A stretch of DNA of 63,578 bases, filler included, from Octopus bimaculoides (GCF_001194135.2; 8 parts of 8 records of this genome joined end to end with filler, not necessarily neighbours in it); one strand, 5' to 3'. Shown: positions 11,768 to 24,467, counted from the whole stretch's first letter. Notes: generated by a model not told the origin, from the sequence alone. Made by a program: numbers and translations.

Positions 11768-12099
11768 CACTACATTTTAGGAGACTTTTACCATCCATAA
11801 AATATGTATATATATATATTTTTTATAAAAAGATATTAAAACTATGTGAAATGAAGGCATTTCTCTTCCCCTTTTTATATATGTTTTCTACATATTTTCA
11901 CTATCATTAGTGTTACGTTCCAAAACCCACAAGAGGTGAAAATCCATGAAGTAGAAGCAGTGCTCTACTGTATTTTTTTGAAAAATGAATTTTGCAATGT
12001 GTATATATTTATTTTATTATAAATGCAAAGCAACACCTCGGAGGAATCGACATAAGCTTAAATAATAAACTGTAATAGGTGAACCATGATAGGTATATA

Positions 12100-12942
<843 letters not shown>

Positions 12943-14404
12943 TACAGATCAAACTTTCTATAACTTTAAGTTGACCTTCACAATAAAATTGAAGGTACTC
13001 CCAGTGAAGAGTCAACCTTATTAGTAATTATTCCAGTCTTATTGTCATATTTTTTGAGAAAATATTTTTTAACACTTTTATTTATGTGTGTATATCATGA
13101 TGATATATATGTATTTCAATATGATATATGTATGTATAAGTTGTAAATACATTTACATGTGTACTTTTGATAAATATGTTTGGCATTTCTTTGCAAATGG
13201 GGTCTGTTGCTAAACCATAGAATCTCTGTGTGAGGTTAAATTTAGGTACATTAAAAGTACAAATGTAAATTTATTTACAACTTCTCTACTAACATACTAA
13301 TTACATTAAGTAATTAATACAGAAACCAATGAATGTACTGATATGGAAAAAAATAATTGCTCATTTTGTTGGAAAGTCAGGAAGTCTAAATAAAATTTTT
13401 TAACCTTATTTCTTACTATTAATCAAAACAATATTTATTAATATTAAATGTTCTTGTCAGCTTTGTTATTGTTGCCACATAAACAACTCTTGAAATGTAA
13501 AACCAATCAATGAAAAACAAGGGAAAAAAACTGGCATTAACATATATGCTTAATGATTTGTCTATAGAAAATCAAATTTAAAAGGTAATTCAAGTATATA
13601 AAATCTTTAATAATGTACTCTTAAAAATGGTGTGCATTTGCTTAGGTGGTCAATATGGAGTGATGGTCACCCACATGGATGCACACTTATTTTGCAGAGA
13701 AAAACAAAAGTTAAACACATGCAAATTCTTATACACACCCACAGCAAAAAATTAGAATGCACATTGCTTACAAGCTATTGGTCACTTTAGGCTGTGGTAA
13801 AAGCACTTACTTCGTATACCATATAGTGGAATTAAACCAGTAACAGTGTGGCTGCAAAGCAAATGTTTAAATTCCGTATCCATGTCTGCGCTATATGTTA
13901 CAGATGTATGTATATATGTGTTATGNNNNNNNNNNNNNNNNNNNNNNNNNNNNNNNNNNNNNNNNNNNNNNNNNNNNNNNNNNNNNNNNNNNNNNNNNNN
14001 NNNNNNNNNNNNNNNNNNNNNNNNNNNNNNNNNNNNNNNNNNNNNNNNNNNNNNNNNNNNNNNNNNNNNNNNNNNNNNNNNNNNNNNNNNNNNNNNNNNN
14101 NNNNNNNNNNNNNNNNNNNNNNNNNNNNNNNNNNNNNNNNNNNNNNNNNNNNNNNNNNNNNNNNNNNNNNNNNNNNNNNNNNNNNNNNNNNNNNNNNNNN
14201 NNNNNNNNNNNNNNNNNNNNNNNNNNNNNNNNNNNNNNNNNNNNNNNNNNNNNNNNNNNNNNNNNNNNNNTTATAGCAAGTAGTATTTTAATACCCAACT
14301 AAATTTTGTTTGTATTTTGCCTTTAAAGGTGTAAACTTGCTAGCCACTTTATTATTATCTTATTATTATAAATAATGGTAATCGTACCTATTTAACTTTA
14401 AATA

Positions 14405-15175
14405 TATTAGGTCATCAAGTATGAAATTTGTAGGAAAGAAAAAAAGTTTGCTAATGTTTTATAAATACAAGGAATAGTTTTATTCATCAAAGTATACACC
14501 CAAATTGTCAATAAACTTTTGTCATTTCAGCAGTAGCTTGTCCAGCCTGGAACTGTAATAGCCTGGCAATCTAGAGTCAATAAACTCTTGGAAGGCCTGT
14601 TTTACAGCATCATTGGAATTAAGTTTTTTTCCTATCAAAAAGTTATCCAAATTCTGGAAGAAGTGGTAGTCAGTGGGGGCAAGATAAAGCGAGTATGGTG
14701 GATGATGGAGAACTTCAAACACCAACTCCTGTAGTTTCGCCAATGTCATTTTTGTGGTGTGGTCTGGCGTTGTCTTGCAGTAAAATAGGAACGGATCTGT
14801 TGACTAATCTAGGCTGTTTTTTTGTAAGTTTCTGCATCATTTAATCCAGTTGGCTGTAGTATACTTCGGCCGTGATTGATAGGCTGGGTTTAATGAAATC
14901 CTGATGGATCACACCACCAAACACACACCATCAGCTTCTTTTGATGAATTTTGCTTTTTGGACTGTGTTTTGGTGGCTTATGTTTGTCCAACCATTGTGC
15001 TGAGTGTTTATGGTTGTTGTATTGGATCCATTTCTCATCACATGTTACAATTCAATTGAAAAATTATTCATTTTTGTGACGAGAAAGTAGCATAATGTTG
15101 CTGTTTCTTATTTTCATTGAGTTCATGTGGAACTCACTTATCCAACTTTTACACTTTACCAATTTGAATTAGTTC
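14405..15175 (-). mobile_element. Mariner (DD34D-type) transposase remnant
   Basis: VLHHPPYSLYLAPTDYHFFQNLDNFL..KQAFQEFIDSR; TATTAGG-type end at ~14405. Confidence 0.8.
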
Positions 15176-15178
15176 AAA

Positions 15179-15274
<96 letters not shown>

Positions 15275-15356
15275 ATATGGAGAGATATGTATGCATGCAT
15301 GTTCTGCATGTATAACACACACACATTGTTTGTTTTTGTTCTGTTCTGTTCTGCAG

Positions 15357-15444
15357 CCATTGGTCTAGGACCATCACGGTATCCTCTTGACTGTCAACCT
15401 GGCTGGAATGTTGATTCAATTGGTTACCATGCTGATGACGGTCG
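15357..15444 (+). CDS. SPRYD3: Internal coding exon (88 nt, phase 1 to phase 2) of a SPRY domain-containing protein 3-like gene
   Basis: Acceptor TTCTGTTCTGCAG, donor CG|GTATGT. Translates (A)IGLGPSRYPLDCQPGWNVDSIGYHADDG(R), matching the Y-x-LD-x-QPGW-xx-DS-xx-YHADDG pattern of the first SPRYD3 SPRY domain as recalled from the human protein. Confidence 0.72.
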
Positions 15445-15889
15445 GTATGTTAAATATTTGTTCATATTTTTACTGCATTCTGGGGTATTAATATCTGGCA
15501 TTTAATTAGCACTAGTATGTCATCTTTATAATGCCACCACCACTTCCACCCACTCACAGACACACACAATGTATAATTCTTCATCTGCCCGAAAAATCAT
15601 GTAATTCTGAAAAATTCCCCTCTATTCAACCATTTCTTAAATCTCCTGTATACAGGAGTCTCTTCTGAGTTATTGTCATTGAAGTCCTGGGGGATAAATC
15701 TTTTATACTATCTCAGATAGTATAAAAGATTTGACAGCAAAATCAATCTTGTATAAATTGAACTTGGAATGTTTAGTTTTAGACCAGCTTGTCAGTTCTG
15801 TTGTACTAAAGTAAATGCTTTACATTGCTTGAGTTAATCTTATTAGTCTAAATTTTAAACCAAATCCTTGGCAAAGAGCTTTCATGATG

Positions 15890-16345
15890 AACTCCTCAAG
15901 AGGGTCACTATATTGTCTACTGCTCCCAGAACATAATGTCACTGTACAGTGGTGCTCTTCCCATGACTAAGAGATCTGTCTATTGTGTACTGCACTTTAG
16001 ACATAAGTTTCATTGGAGACAGTTTCACTGTATCATGTACATTTCAATATATAGTCACTCTTCTGATACTGGTCTCTGTGCTTCAGGTCGCTGATCTGTA
16101 TTTGTACTCTCAAAACACAGTGTCATGAAAATGTTTTTAGACATAAGGACCCTGTACTATGCTCATCACTCTAGATACAAGTATTAGCACTCTGTGAACA
16201 GCTCTCAATACACTGAATTACTGTTCATTGCACAATTTTCAGAATACATTTTGAACATGTAGCATTCAGAGATGGGATAATTGTACAGTGTTCAGCTTCT
16301 AGGAGATAGGATCACTATACTGTGCAGTATTTCAAGATGGATTAA
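15890..16345. repeat. Old degenerate ~32-bp minisatellite
   Basis: Recurring units such as TTTTAGACATAAGGACCCTGTACTATG, CTCTAGATACAAGTATTAGCACTCTGTG, TTCTAGGAGATAGGATCACTATACTGTG. Confidence 0.55.
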
Positions 16346-16598
16346 TTCAGTTTTAATTCCAGTTCTAATTTTTCCTATTTCCTTTAAACTGATAACATTT
16401 ATTTTTTCAAATTTTCATTTGTTTGAATTTTTATTTAAGTTAAACCTTCAAATTTAGCATCTTTTTAAATTTCTCCCGCTGTTAGAATATTTTTCAAATT
16501 TTCTATGCTGATGTAGATTCGTATGCTAATGACAAAAACCATATCATTAATTTTCTCCAGAAACTAATAACAAAAAAGTTACAAGCCTTTAAGGTTAT

Positions 16599-16814
16599 TG
16601 TTATATCACACATTCGGATGGTGTGCCTACGTCAATAACGTACCTCTACTCAACTAACGAACTCTCACTTCCGACGACTCAACAACAGAACTCAACGTCT
16701 AGTCTACTGACAGCTCTGGCTCACTCTACACGATGCTTCTATGACTAGCTATCAGATCCACTATTGATACGTATTGGACTAGCCTACTTATCACCTGGGG
16801 GCATCCACACAACA
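16599..16814 (-). mobile_element. 3' LTR of the Gypsy element
   Basis: Bounded by TGTT...AACA; on the minus strand it is immediately preceded by the polypurine tract AAAAGGGGGAGG. Confidence 0.7.
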
Positions 16815-19800
16815 CCTCCCCCTTTTGAGAGTTTTTTTTCTTTTCTAAACACGAATTTATCAATTTTATTTCCTTGCTGAGAAACTGGCATATCTTTTTC
16901 TCTTAGTGTTAACTTCCATTATTTCTGTAGGTTTTCTCTTCCTGTTTGCCCTACGTGTCGGTTCTGCTTCTGCTTGTGGTTCTGGGACCTCGAACAAATC
17001 ATACCATATGTCCATTGGTTCCTCTTGCCTCTCTTGGTTTTTGCTATATCTTTTTTTTAATTGGTTTAAATGCCTTCTGTGTTCATATTTTGGTCCTTTT
17101 ACCATGTACATCATGTTACCCAGACGTCCCGTTATACTTCCTTGTTCCCAGTCCTGTTTTTCGTTACTATATACTCTAAAATACACTTTGTCACCTGTAT
17201 TAAAAAATTTTGTTCTTCTTCCCGAATTTTCTAATTTCTGTTTCCTACTCAGCAACAATTTATCAAAAATAGAATGAATTTTTCTGGAAAACATCAAATC
17301 TACGGGTGACCTACCCAACTCTGTATTTGGCTTTGGTGTTATTCTATATATCTGCAAAAACTTTGTCATCTTTGTATCTTCAAGGGTTTCCCATCTGGTC
17401 TTTCTTAAAGTTCTCCTGAATGTATCGACGAATCTTTCGGCTAACTCATTTGACCTTGGATGGTATGGCAGAGTTAACACATGCTTCATTTGAACCGACT
17501 TACAGAATCTTTCGAACTCCTTCACCATGAATTGTGTACCATTATCTGACACGATCATATCTGGCACCCCATAACGAGCGAATAATTCTTCCAAGAAGTC
17601 AATCATCACACTTGTGGTTGGCCTTGAACATTTACACACTTCAGGCCATTTGGAATAGCTATCCACCACGATAATATAATGAGAGCCATTTATTGGTCCT
17701 GCGAAATCCACAGGTAGTCTAGACCATGCCGAATTTGTTTTTGGCCATGGTTGAATCTGCACTGGGGGTGCCTCTGCTGTCATAGTGCATCCCCTATACT
17801 GTTTTACCAGTCTCTCAATTTGCTTGTCCATATTTGGCCAATAAACGTAACTCCTCATAAGGCTCTTCATCCTGACAATCCATGGATGTCCAACATGAAA
17901 ATCTTTTGATACTCTGTTTTGCAGCGCTTCAGGTATTACCACTCTTTGTGCATATAATACTACCTCATCACATACTGAATAGTGCTTTGAACCTGCATCC
18001 TGCTCATTTATATTTTTTGTGTTACTCAACATTTTTAAAATCTTGTTTATGAACCTATCTTTTCTTGATTCCAATTTAATTTGTTCCAGTGTTACCGGCA
18101 AATCACGTACTACATTGCACAAAATGTTCTTCAGTTCCTTTNNNNNNNNNNGGCCTTGAACATTTACACACTTCAGGCCATTTGGAATAGCTATCCACCA
18201 CGATAATATAATGAGAGCCATTTATTGGTCCTGCGAAATCCACAGGTAGTCTAGACCATGCCGAATTTGTTTTTGGCCATGGTTGAATCTGCACTGGGGG
18301 TGCCTCTGCTGTCATAGTGCATCCCCTATACTGTTTTACCAGTCTCTCAATTTGCTTGTCCATATTTGGCCAATAAACGTAACTCCTCATAAGGCTCTTC
18401 ATCCTGACAATCCATGGATGTCCAACATGAAAATCTTTTGATACTCTGTTTNNNNNNNNNNNNNNNNNNNNNNNNNNNNNNNNNNNNNNNNNNNNNNNNN
18501 NNNNNNNNNNNNNNNNNNNNNNNNNNNNNNNNNNNNNNNNNNNNNNNNNNNNNNNNNNNNNNNNNNNNNNNNNNNNNNNNCGAGACAACCCGTCTGCATG
18601 TCCCATTTTCATGGATGGCAAAATCTCCATCTGAAAATCGTAGTTCAACAGAGTAGTTCCCCAGCACTGTAAGCAGTTTGCTGAGTGCGTGGGGATACCC
18701 TTTTTCGAACCGAAAATAGACAGTAACAGTTGGTGATCCATTTGCAGTATAAACTTCCTCCCATGTAAGAATTTATGGAATTTTTTTACTGTGAAGATTA
18801 ATGACAACGCCCCTTTTTCAATCTGGCTGTAGTTTCTTATTTCTTTTTTGCCCACAAGGGGCTAAACATAGAGGGGGCAAACAAGGACAGACAAACGGAT
18901 TAAGTCGATTACATCGACCCCAGTGCGTAACTGATACTTAATTTATCGACCCCGAAAGGATGAAGGGCAAAGTTGACCTCGACGGAATTTGAACTCAGAA
19001 CGTGATGGCAGACGAAATACTGCTAAGCATCTCGCCCGGCGTGCTAATGTTTCTGCCAGCTCACTGCCTCTGGCTGTAGTTTCTTTTCACTGGTAATAGA
19101 ACTCTTGATGCATGTGCAATAGCTTTGATTTTACCATCATTAAATTTATGCAATATCACAGCTCCTATTCCATCTTCACTGGCATCCGATGCCACAATTA
19201 TTTTCAGGTTTGGGTCAAAACGAGTTAATGATAACTCTGATGTTAACCGCTTTTTTAATTCCTTGAATGCTTTCTGACATTTTTTTGTCCAATCCCATTT
19301 CAAGTCCTTCTTTAATAACTTGTTCAATGGAGCTCTTAACTCATACATTTTAGGTATGTACAACTGGTAATAATTTACCAGACCTAAAAATGCTTGTAGT
19401 GTTGTTTTGTTAGTGGGAGCAGGCATTTTTTTTATCGCGCTGATCCTAGAAGGGTCCGGTTTTTGTCCGTTTTCATCGATAACCTGTCCTAAGTACTTTA
19501 TTTTTGTCAAGAAAAATTCACATTTATCCTCATTTACTTTAAACCCATAATCGCTTATTCATTTGAAAACCTTGTTTATATGTTCAATATGTTGGTCCCT
19601 CGATTCACTTTTGATCAATATGTCATCCAAGTATAGGACCGCGAACTCACAATCTGCTAGCATAGTATCCATCACTTGCTGAAATATTGCTGGTGCGACC
19701 TAACTCCAAATGGCAGTCTTTTGTAACAGTAGAGACCTTTATGAGTATTGATTGTTAATACTTTAGCACATTCTTCATCTACCAGTAATTGGAGGTACGC

Positions 19801-19960
19801 CTCTGACAAATCCAGCTTGAAAAAAAATTTCCCACCATTGCACTTAGCAAATATTTCTTCTGGGTTTGGAAGCGGATAATTGTATTTTTTTAAACAATCA
19901 TTGAGACCAGTTGAGAAGTCCACACATATTCTTATTTTGTTGTTCTTTTTTATATATACT
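16815..19960 (-). mobile_element. Ty3/Gypsy LTR retrotransposon pol (RT-RNase H-integrase), 5' part lost at a gap
   Basis: RT: IRICVDFSTGLN, KLDLSEAYLQL, YKRLPFG, YLDD. RNase H: VASDASEDGIGAVI, NYSQIEKGAL, MGHADGLS. Integrase: HVGHP..C, VDFAGP, VSDNGTQF, RSNELAERF. Confidence 0.95.
18839..19068 (-). mobile_element. SINE family A inserted in the Gypsy RNase H, 17-bp TSD
   Basis: TCTGGCTGTAGTTTCTT at 18822-18838 and 19069-19085 flank a near full-length family A copy. Confidence 0.9.
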
Positions 19961-20160
19961 GTGGTGTGATGGAGGAAAAAGACAACAAGAAGCAAAAGGG
20001 CAGAATGNNNNNNNNNNNNNNNNNNNNNNNNNNNNNNNNNNNNNNNNNNNNTTAATTAATTAANNNNNNNNNNNNNNNNNNNNNNNNNNNNNNNNNNNNN
20101 NNNNNNNTTTTCAATTTTTTCAAATTCTTCACTCGATCACTTTCTTGCTTTTCTAAACTA

Positions 20161-20345
20161 ATTACCTCCGCCTTAGTGAAGGCAGAGGTATTGTTTTCAG
20201 TCGTGTCTCCCCCCCCCCCCCGTAGACAAGATATCTGAAGAACTGCTGGATGGAATGAAATGAAACTTTCAGGGATGTCTGGCCTCGTAACTGGCACAAA
20301 CTGATTAGATTTTTGCATTGATCGGTACCGGACAAGGATTCTAGA
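20161..20345 (+). mobile_element. Helentron-associated (HINE/DINE-like) element, 5' part
   Basis: Starts ATTACCTCCGCCTTAGTGAAGGCAGAGGTATTGTTTTC (subterminal IR plus internal IR), then GCAAGATATC..GGAATGAAATGAAACTTTCAGG..GATTAGATTTT-like body typical of animal HINEs. Confidence 0.6.
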
Positions 20346-21184
20346 GTATTTGTTATGTTTACTTTACTTTACAGGATGTATTAAGATCTTACGTTGACTT
20401 TCAAGTCTTTCTCTGATTATCTCCCTTGAAGGCACGCTCATGGTTTCTACGTAAGTTATGGCAGCGTTGCTACTTCCAAAGTTTTATTATTAACTAGCTG
20501 ATCCTGTGCCATCAAAAATAATGTCCAACTGTAGTATATTATATTTATAAATAAGGTATAAAATAAGCTACATAATAATCACCGATGCAAACATTCACAT
20601 GCTTCCATTGTGCATGCACACACGTATACACACACACAGACACACAAACACACACTCACACACACACGCATTCACATAGCTTCCTTTTATATACACACAC
20701 ATATACTCACGCAGAATTGAAACGCTGATTTTTTTCACCCCTTTCTTCCTTATTCATCTATCACTCCTTGCTTTCTCCATTGCTATTACTTTCTCTCACC
20801 CTCTCTCAGTCACGGCTATTCCTCTCACAACTTCTCCTTCACTGAATTACTACACTTTCTCTCTTCTCCCTTCACTTATACTACTCTTTCTCCTACCCCG
20901 TCCTACTCCTCCTCTGTGATTTTGAAGGTTACCCTCATCATTATATTAGGAGATTGTACTCGCATCTCTATTTTCGTAGAATAAAGAAATCAAACTACAT
21001 AAAGAAACGGCTGCAAAAACCGTTCAGATATTAAGTAACACTAACATATTCAGTAACAATAATAAATTTAATTTATCCTCGACAATTTTTAGTTTTACTA
21101 ATTTTGAATATATCGCTCCTGTTTTAGACCTCTTACGTACTTGACAATTGCATATCTAACTCTGCCTTGAAGGAAGCTTTACTT

Positions 21185-21400
21185 CTTGGACTCACGTTTT
21201 GGTGTGCAACGATGTTGTTCAACCGTATCTAGGTCTTTTCTGTTGTCTTTCATGCACGGATAAATTTTTCACTACAGACCTTAATGGTTGTAAAGACACT
21301 ATATCAGTGGATAAACTAAAAAAAGCCTTCATAGAGAAAATTGTGTCTTTTCCCACTGCAGACGACACACATACAGCATTACAAACACAACCCGCACACC
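21185..21400 (+). mobile_element. Gypsy integrase C-terminal fragment (second family)
   Basis: THVLVCNDVVQPYLGLF..LSCTDKFFTTDLNGCKDTISVDKLKKAF resembles the recurrent THVFVRxD..PYxGPF..DRLKPA motif. Confidence 0.65.
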
Positions 21401-21424
21401 CACCTTCACATTCCATGACTACTA

Positions 21425-21636
21425 TTGGGATCGATCAGGCACCGGATAAGGATTCTGGATTATTTTCTCGGTTGTTTTACTTAAATTTGTGAACGGTCGG
21501 GTTCATTTCTAGTATTCTCGTTTGTGCGAGCATTCAAATTTATTTCAGATATTCTCATTTTAAAAATCATCTCCGGCTAATTGTTGAGAGGATGGTGTTG
21601 CCTTGGTGGAGGTTTGCGCTCTCTGAGTGCTCTTGT
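21425..21636 (+). mobile_element. Helentron-associated (HINE-like) element, 3' part
   Basis: CCTTGGTGGAGG (reverse-complement partner of the 20164 subterminal IR) followed by hairpin GCGCTC-TCT-GAGTGC. Confidence 0.6.
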
Positions 21637-21672
21637 CTATATTTGTTTCATTTTAATATTTGCTCACGTTAA

Positions 21673-21872
21673 GGCGACGAGCTGGTCGCTAGTATACAGG
21701 GCTAAATGCTTTGCAGCATCTCGCACGTCTTTATCTTCTGACTTCGAATTTCGTCGTGGTTGGCTTTGCTTTCATCCTTTCGGTGTCGAAAAAATAAGTA
21801 CCAACTGAGCACTAGGGTTGACGCATTCGACTCCACCTCCGAAACTGCTGGCCTTGTACTAAAATTTGAAGC
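21673..21872 (+). mobile_element. SINE family A, diverged copy
   Basis: GGCGACGAGCTGG...GCTTTCATCCTTTCGGTGTCGA..AAGTACCAAC..GGCCTTGTACT. Confidence 0.7.
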
Positions 21873-22823
21873 TAATATTTGCTCAAGTTGTTTCAATATG
21901 TTGTTATGAGAATACATTGCAATTCTACCTTCGGGCGTGTCGGAAACGACCACATCTGATTAACTGAAAATAAAAACATAAATAGATGAATAACGTAACT
22001 CCTTTATTTTTAATTTCTCCCAAAACTTGGCTACGGTTTTCGTAATTAGCATGACAAATTATGACTGTGTAGAAATTTTAAGAGAAACAAATGGATTTGG
22101 TGTGTGAAACCAAAAAGATCTCCTTCCGAAGATAAACTGAACAAAACGGTCAGTTTCCTAAACATCAGCAAGTTAAACACAATAATATATGTACCCTATA
22201 TAATTACAAAATAACGCGCTTACCCACTCATATTTATTCGTATAGGTTTGTCACGAACTTGTATTTTAGTTTTTGCTGGGGACCATTATCCCTGGTTGGT
22301 CGTTGTAGGCGTTTCTTCATTGAGTCACCATTTTTGCAGGGTCAAGTTGTCGTGAGAAAGACTGATGTTGCAGTTTTATTAATTCAATGTTAGATCAGGT
22401 TGGTTGCATATATTACAACGAAAGCAAACAAGCGAACAATTAACAACACATTTTATTAAGAGAAGGTTATGCATGTACACAAATATAAATTATCAAATTC
22501 TCACTCACTACAAGAATAGTATGTAGGAATTGATTTAACTGAATTTGCTTGGCTATTTGCGAGCTGAAAAGTGGAAGACAAATGATACGATCCGTCACAA
22601 ATTGTTATGCATTTGTTCTTTAACAGTGAAGATCTGTCATACTTGAATGCTAGCATCTCTTTCTGACTGGCAAGATGTGAGGCGCGTGAATTCTCTGACC
22701 GTCCTCAACGCGTTGTGTTGATTAAGGCGCTAAACTGCTTAACTAGTTAAAAAGGGTGCAAATCTCAAGCATATTTGCAATGATGTTCACGACGCAGCTT
22801 CAAGCTGATTGATTGATTTTCAG

Positions 22824-22927
22824 GTTATCTACATGAACATCGTATGATGCTTGCTCGTGATAGTGAATTGATAATTTCGTGGTTTGGGTTCCACACTAAT
22901 GGATTCGTTAGGACCGAAATGAAAGAC
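22824..22927 (+). pseudogene. Possible GPR107/GPR108-like (GOST family) luminal-domain exon, probably decayed
   Basis: TTTTCAG|GT..; translates GYLHEHRMMLARDSELIISWFGFHTNGFVRTEMKD, which aligns without gaps to recalled GPR108 GRIHQLALTGEKRADIQLNSFGFYTNGSLEVEL. The donor (GTAGAA) is weak. Confidence 0.3.
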
Positions 22928-23867
22928 GTAGAAAAGAATTACGCATAAAAAGATATAAAAATAGTAAGGAAAAATATCTCTCAGTCTTTAATGAAATCAA
23001 TAACGGAATGGTACGCTTGGAATAAATGGAAGAGACAAATATAAAAGATAAGTAGAGGGGTTATGCCGTCAGTTTATGCATTTCATTTGTTGCTACACGG
23101 TTTCATACAATACAAACAGAGTCAATCTTATATGAACATCATATTTTACAGGTGCCGGAGATCTTCAACAATTGGTAGACTGATTTTTCACATAACTGCA
23201 AACTTGTCGATCCTTCATCCATCTTCGGTTTGAGTATAGATGTGTGTAAACAGCTATAGATGTGTGAAATCGCGCTGGGTTGAATTTGGATTGTGAAAAA
23301 CAGCTGTTAACGAGGGCATTGGTAAAATAAAGCATCCTAGTTCAGAAAACACCTGAAAGAAGCGATCCTTATCAAATTATAATCCGTCAGTATGAAAAGC
23401 GACAATGATTCATTCAACAAATCAAATAGTTTGACGATCTCACTGTTGCCAACACTACTCTTTTTGATAATCACATGACTCGCCTGCTCTTTAGTCAGCT
23501 TGTTTTACCATTAAGTCAGCAAGAGACGAAGTGTTTCCCAGATTTTTTTTTTTCTTTTTGACAAACAAACTATCCCCTTCATTTAAAAGTAGTATTAGTT
23601 GGTGACTGGAAAGCCATAGGAATTAAGAGAAATAATGTCGTCAAGGCGATCTCTCTTCGTTGCAGTAACAATTGATTTTAAGGTCGGACATACAACAAAA
23701 TTCTTCTCTCATTGTATGCCCCTTCTAGTTTTGTATTTGCACTGAGCTGATGAGCAATGTCTGGATCCAGAAAATATATCAATGACTACGTTGCACTATC
23801 GGAACACTAATTCCTGTCAAACTAAAGGTACGGGGTTCGAGTTATGTGGTTACTTGATAGTTTTAGG

Positions 23868-24026
23868 CACGGGCATAGCTGTGTGGTAAAAAGTTTGCTC
23901 CCCAGCCACATAGATCCAGGTTCAATCCCATAGTGTAGCACCTTGGGCAAGTGTCTTCTGCTATAGCCTCAGGCCAACCGAATGTGTGGATTTAGTAGAT
24001 GAAAACTAAAAGAAGCCCACCGTATT

Positions 24027-24059
<33 letters not shown>

Positions 24060-24161
24060 ATGAGTGTGTGGGTGTGGGTGCGGGTGTGGGTATGTATCTA
24101 TGTTTGTCCCAGCCGCTACGTTACGTCCCCGTAACTTAACGGTTCGGCAAAAGAAACAGAG
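23868..24161 (+). mobile_element. SINE family B, head plus spacer, cut by a gap
   Basis: GGCATAGCTGTGTGGTAA..GGTTCAATCCCATAG..CACCTTGGGCAAGTGTCTTC..AAGAAGCCC..(TG)n..CCCCGTAACTTAACGGTTCGGCAAAAG. Confidence 0.8.
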
Positions 24162-24396
24162 NNNNNNNNNNNNNNNNNNNNNNNNNNNNNNNNNNNNNNN
24201 NNNNNTTAATTAATTAANNNNNNNNNNNNNNNNNNNNNNNNNNNNNNNNNNNNNNNNNNNNAAATACATGTTTTACCTGTGAATTTGCGTGTGTAAACTG
24301 GGAATGCATACAACGAGTTTCTCTGCCCTAGGTGTACGGAAAACACTCGGCGAAAAATGGAAGAAAATTTGAAGAAAGAAGAAAAATAACAACAAC

Positions 24397-24454
<58 letters not shown>

Positions 24455-24467
24455 TAATAATAATAAT

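Larger units (their letters stand above)
8987..11905 (+). mobile_element. Penelope-like retroelement, internally deleted (N-terminal region, RT C-terminus, GIY-YIG endonuclease, 3' pseudo-LTR)
   Basis: DCFIIW...NIQFTMEYSNEHLPFLDI...YHKPTDSKQYL..SCHPKH (Penelope-type RT C-terminus), followed by GIY-YIG ORF. CTACATATTTTCACT occurs at both ~9303 and ~11888, consistent with a pLTR-like direct repeat. Confidence 0.85.

Noticed and set aside
18152-18451. Apparent duplicated integrase segment (copy of ~17620-17919)
   Set aside because: Identical copy between two N gaps; assembly artefact.
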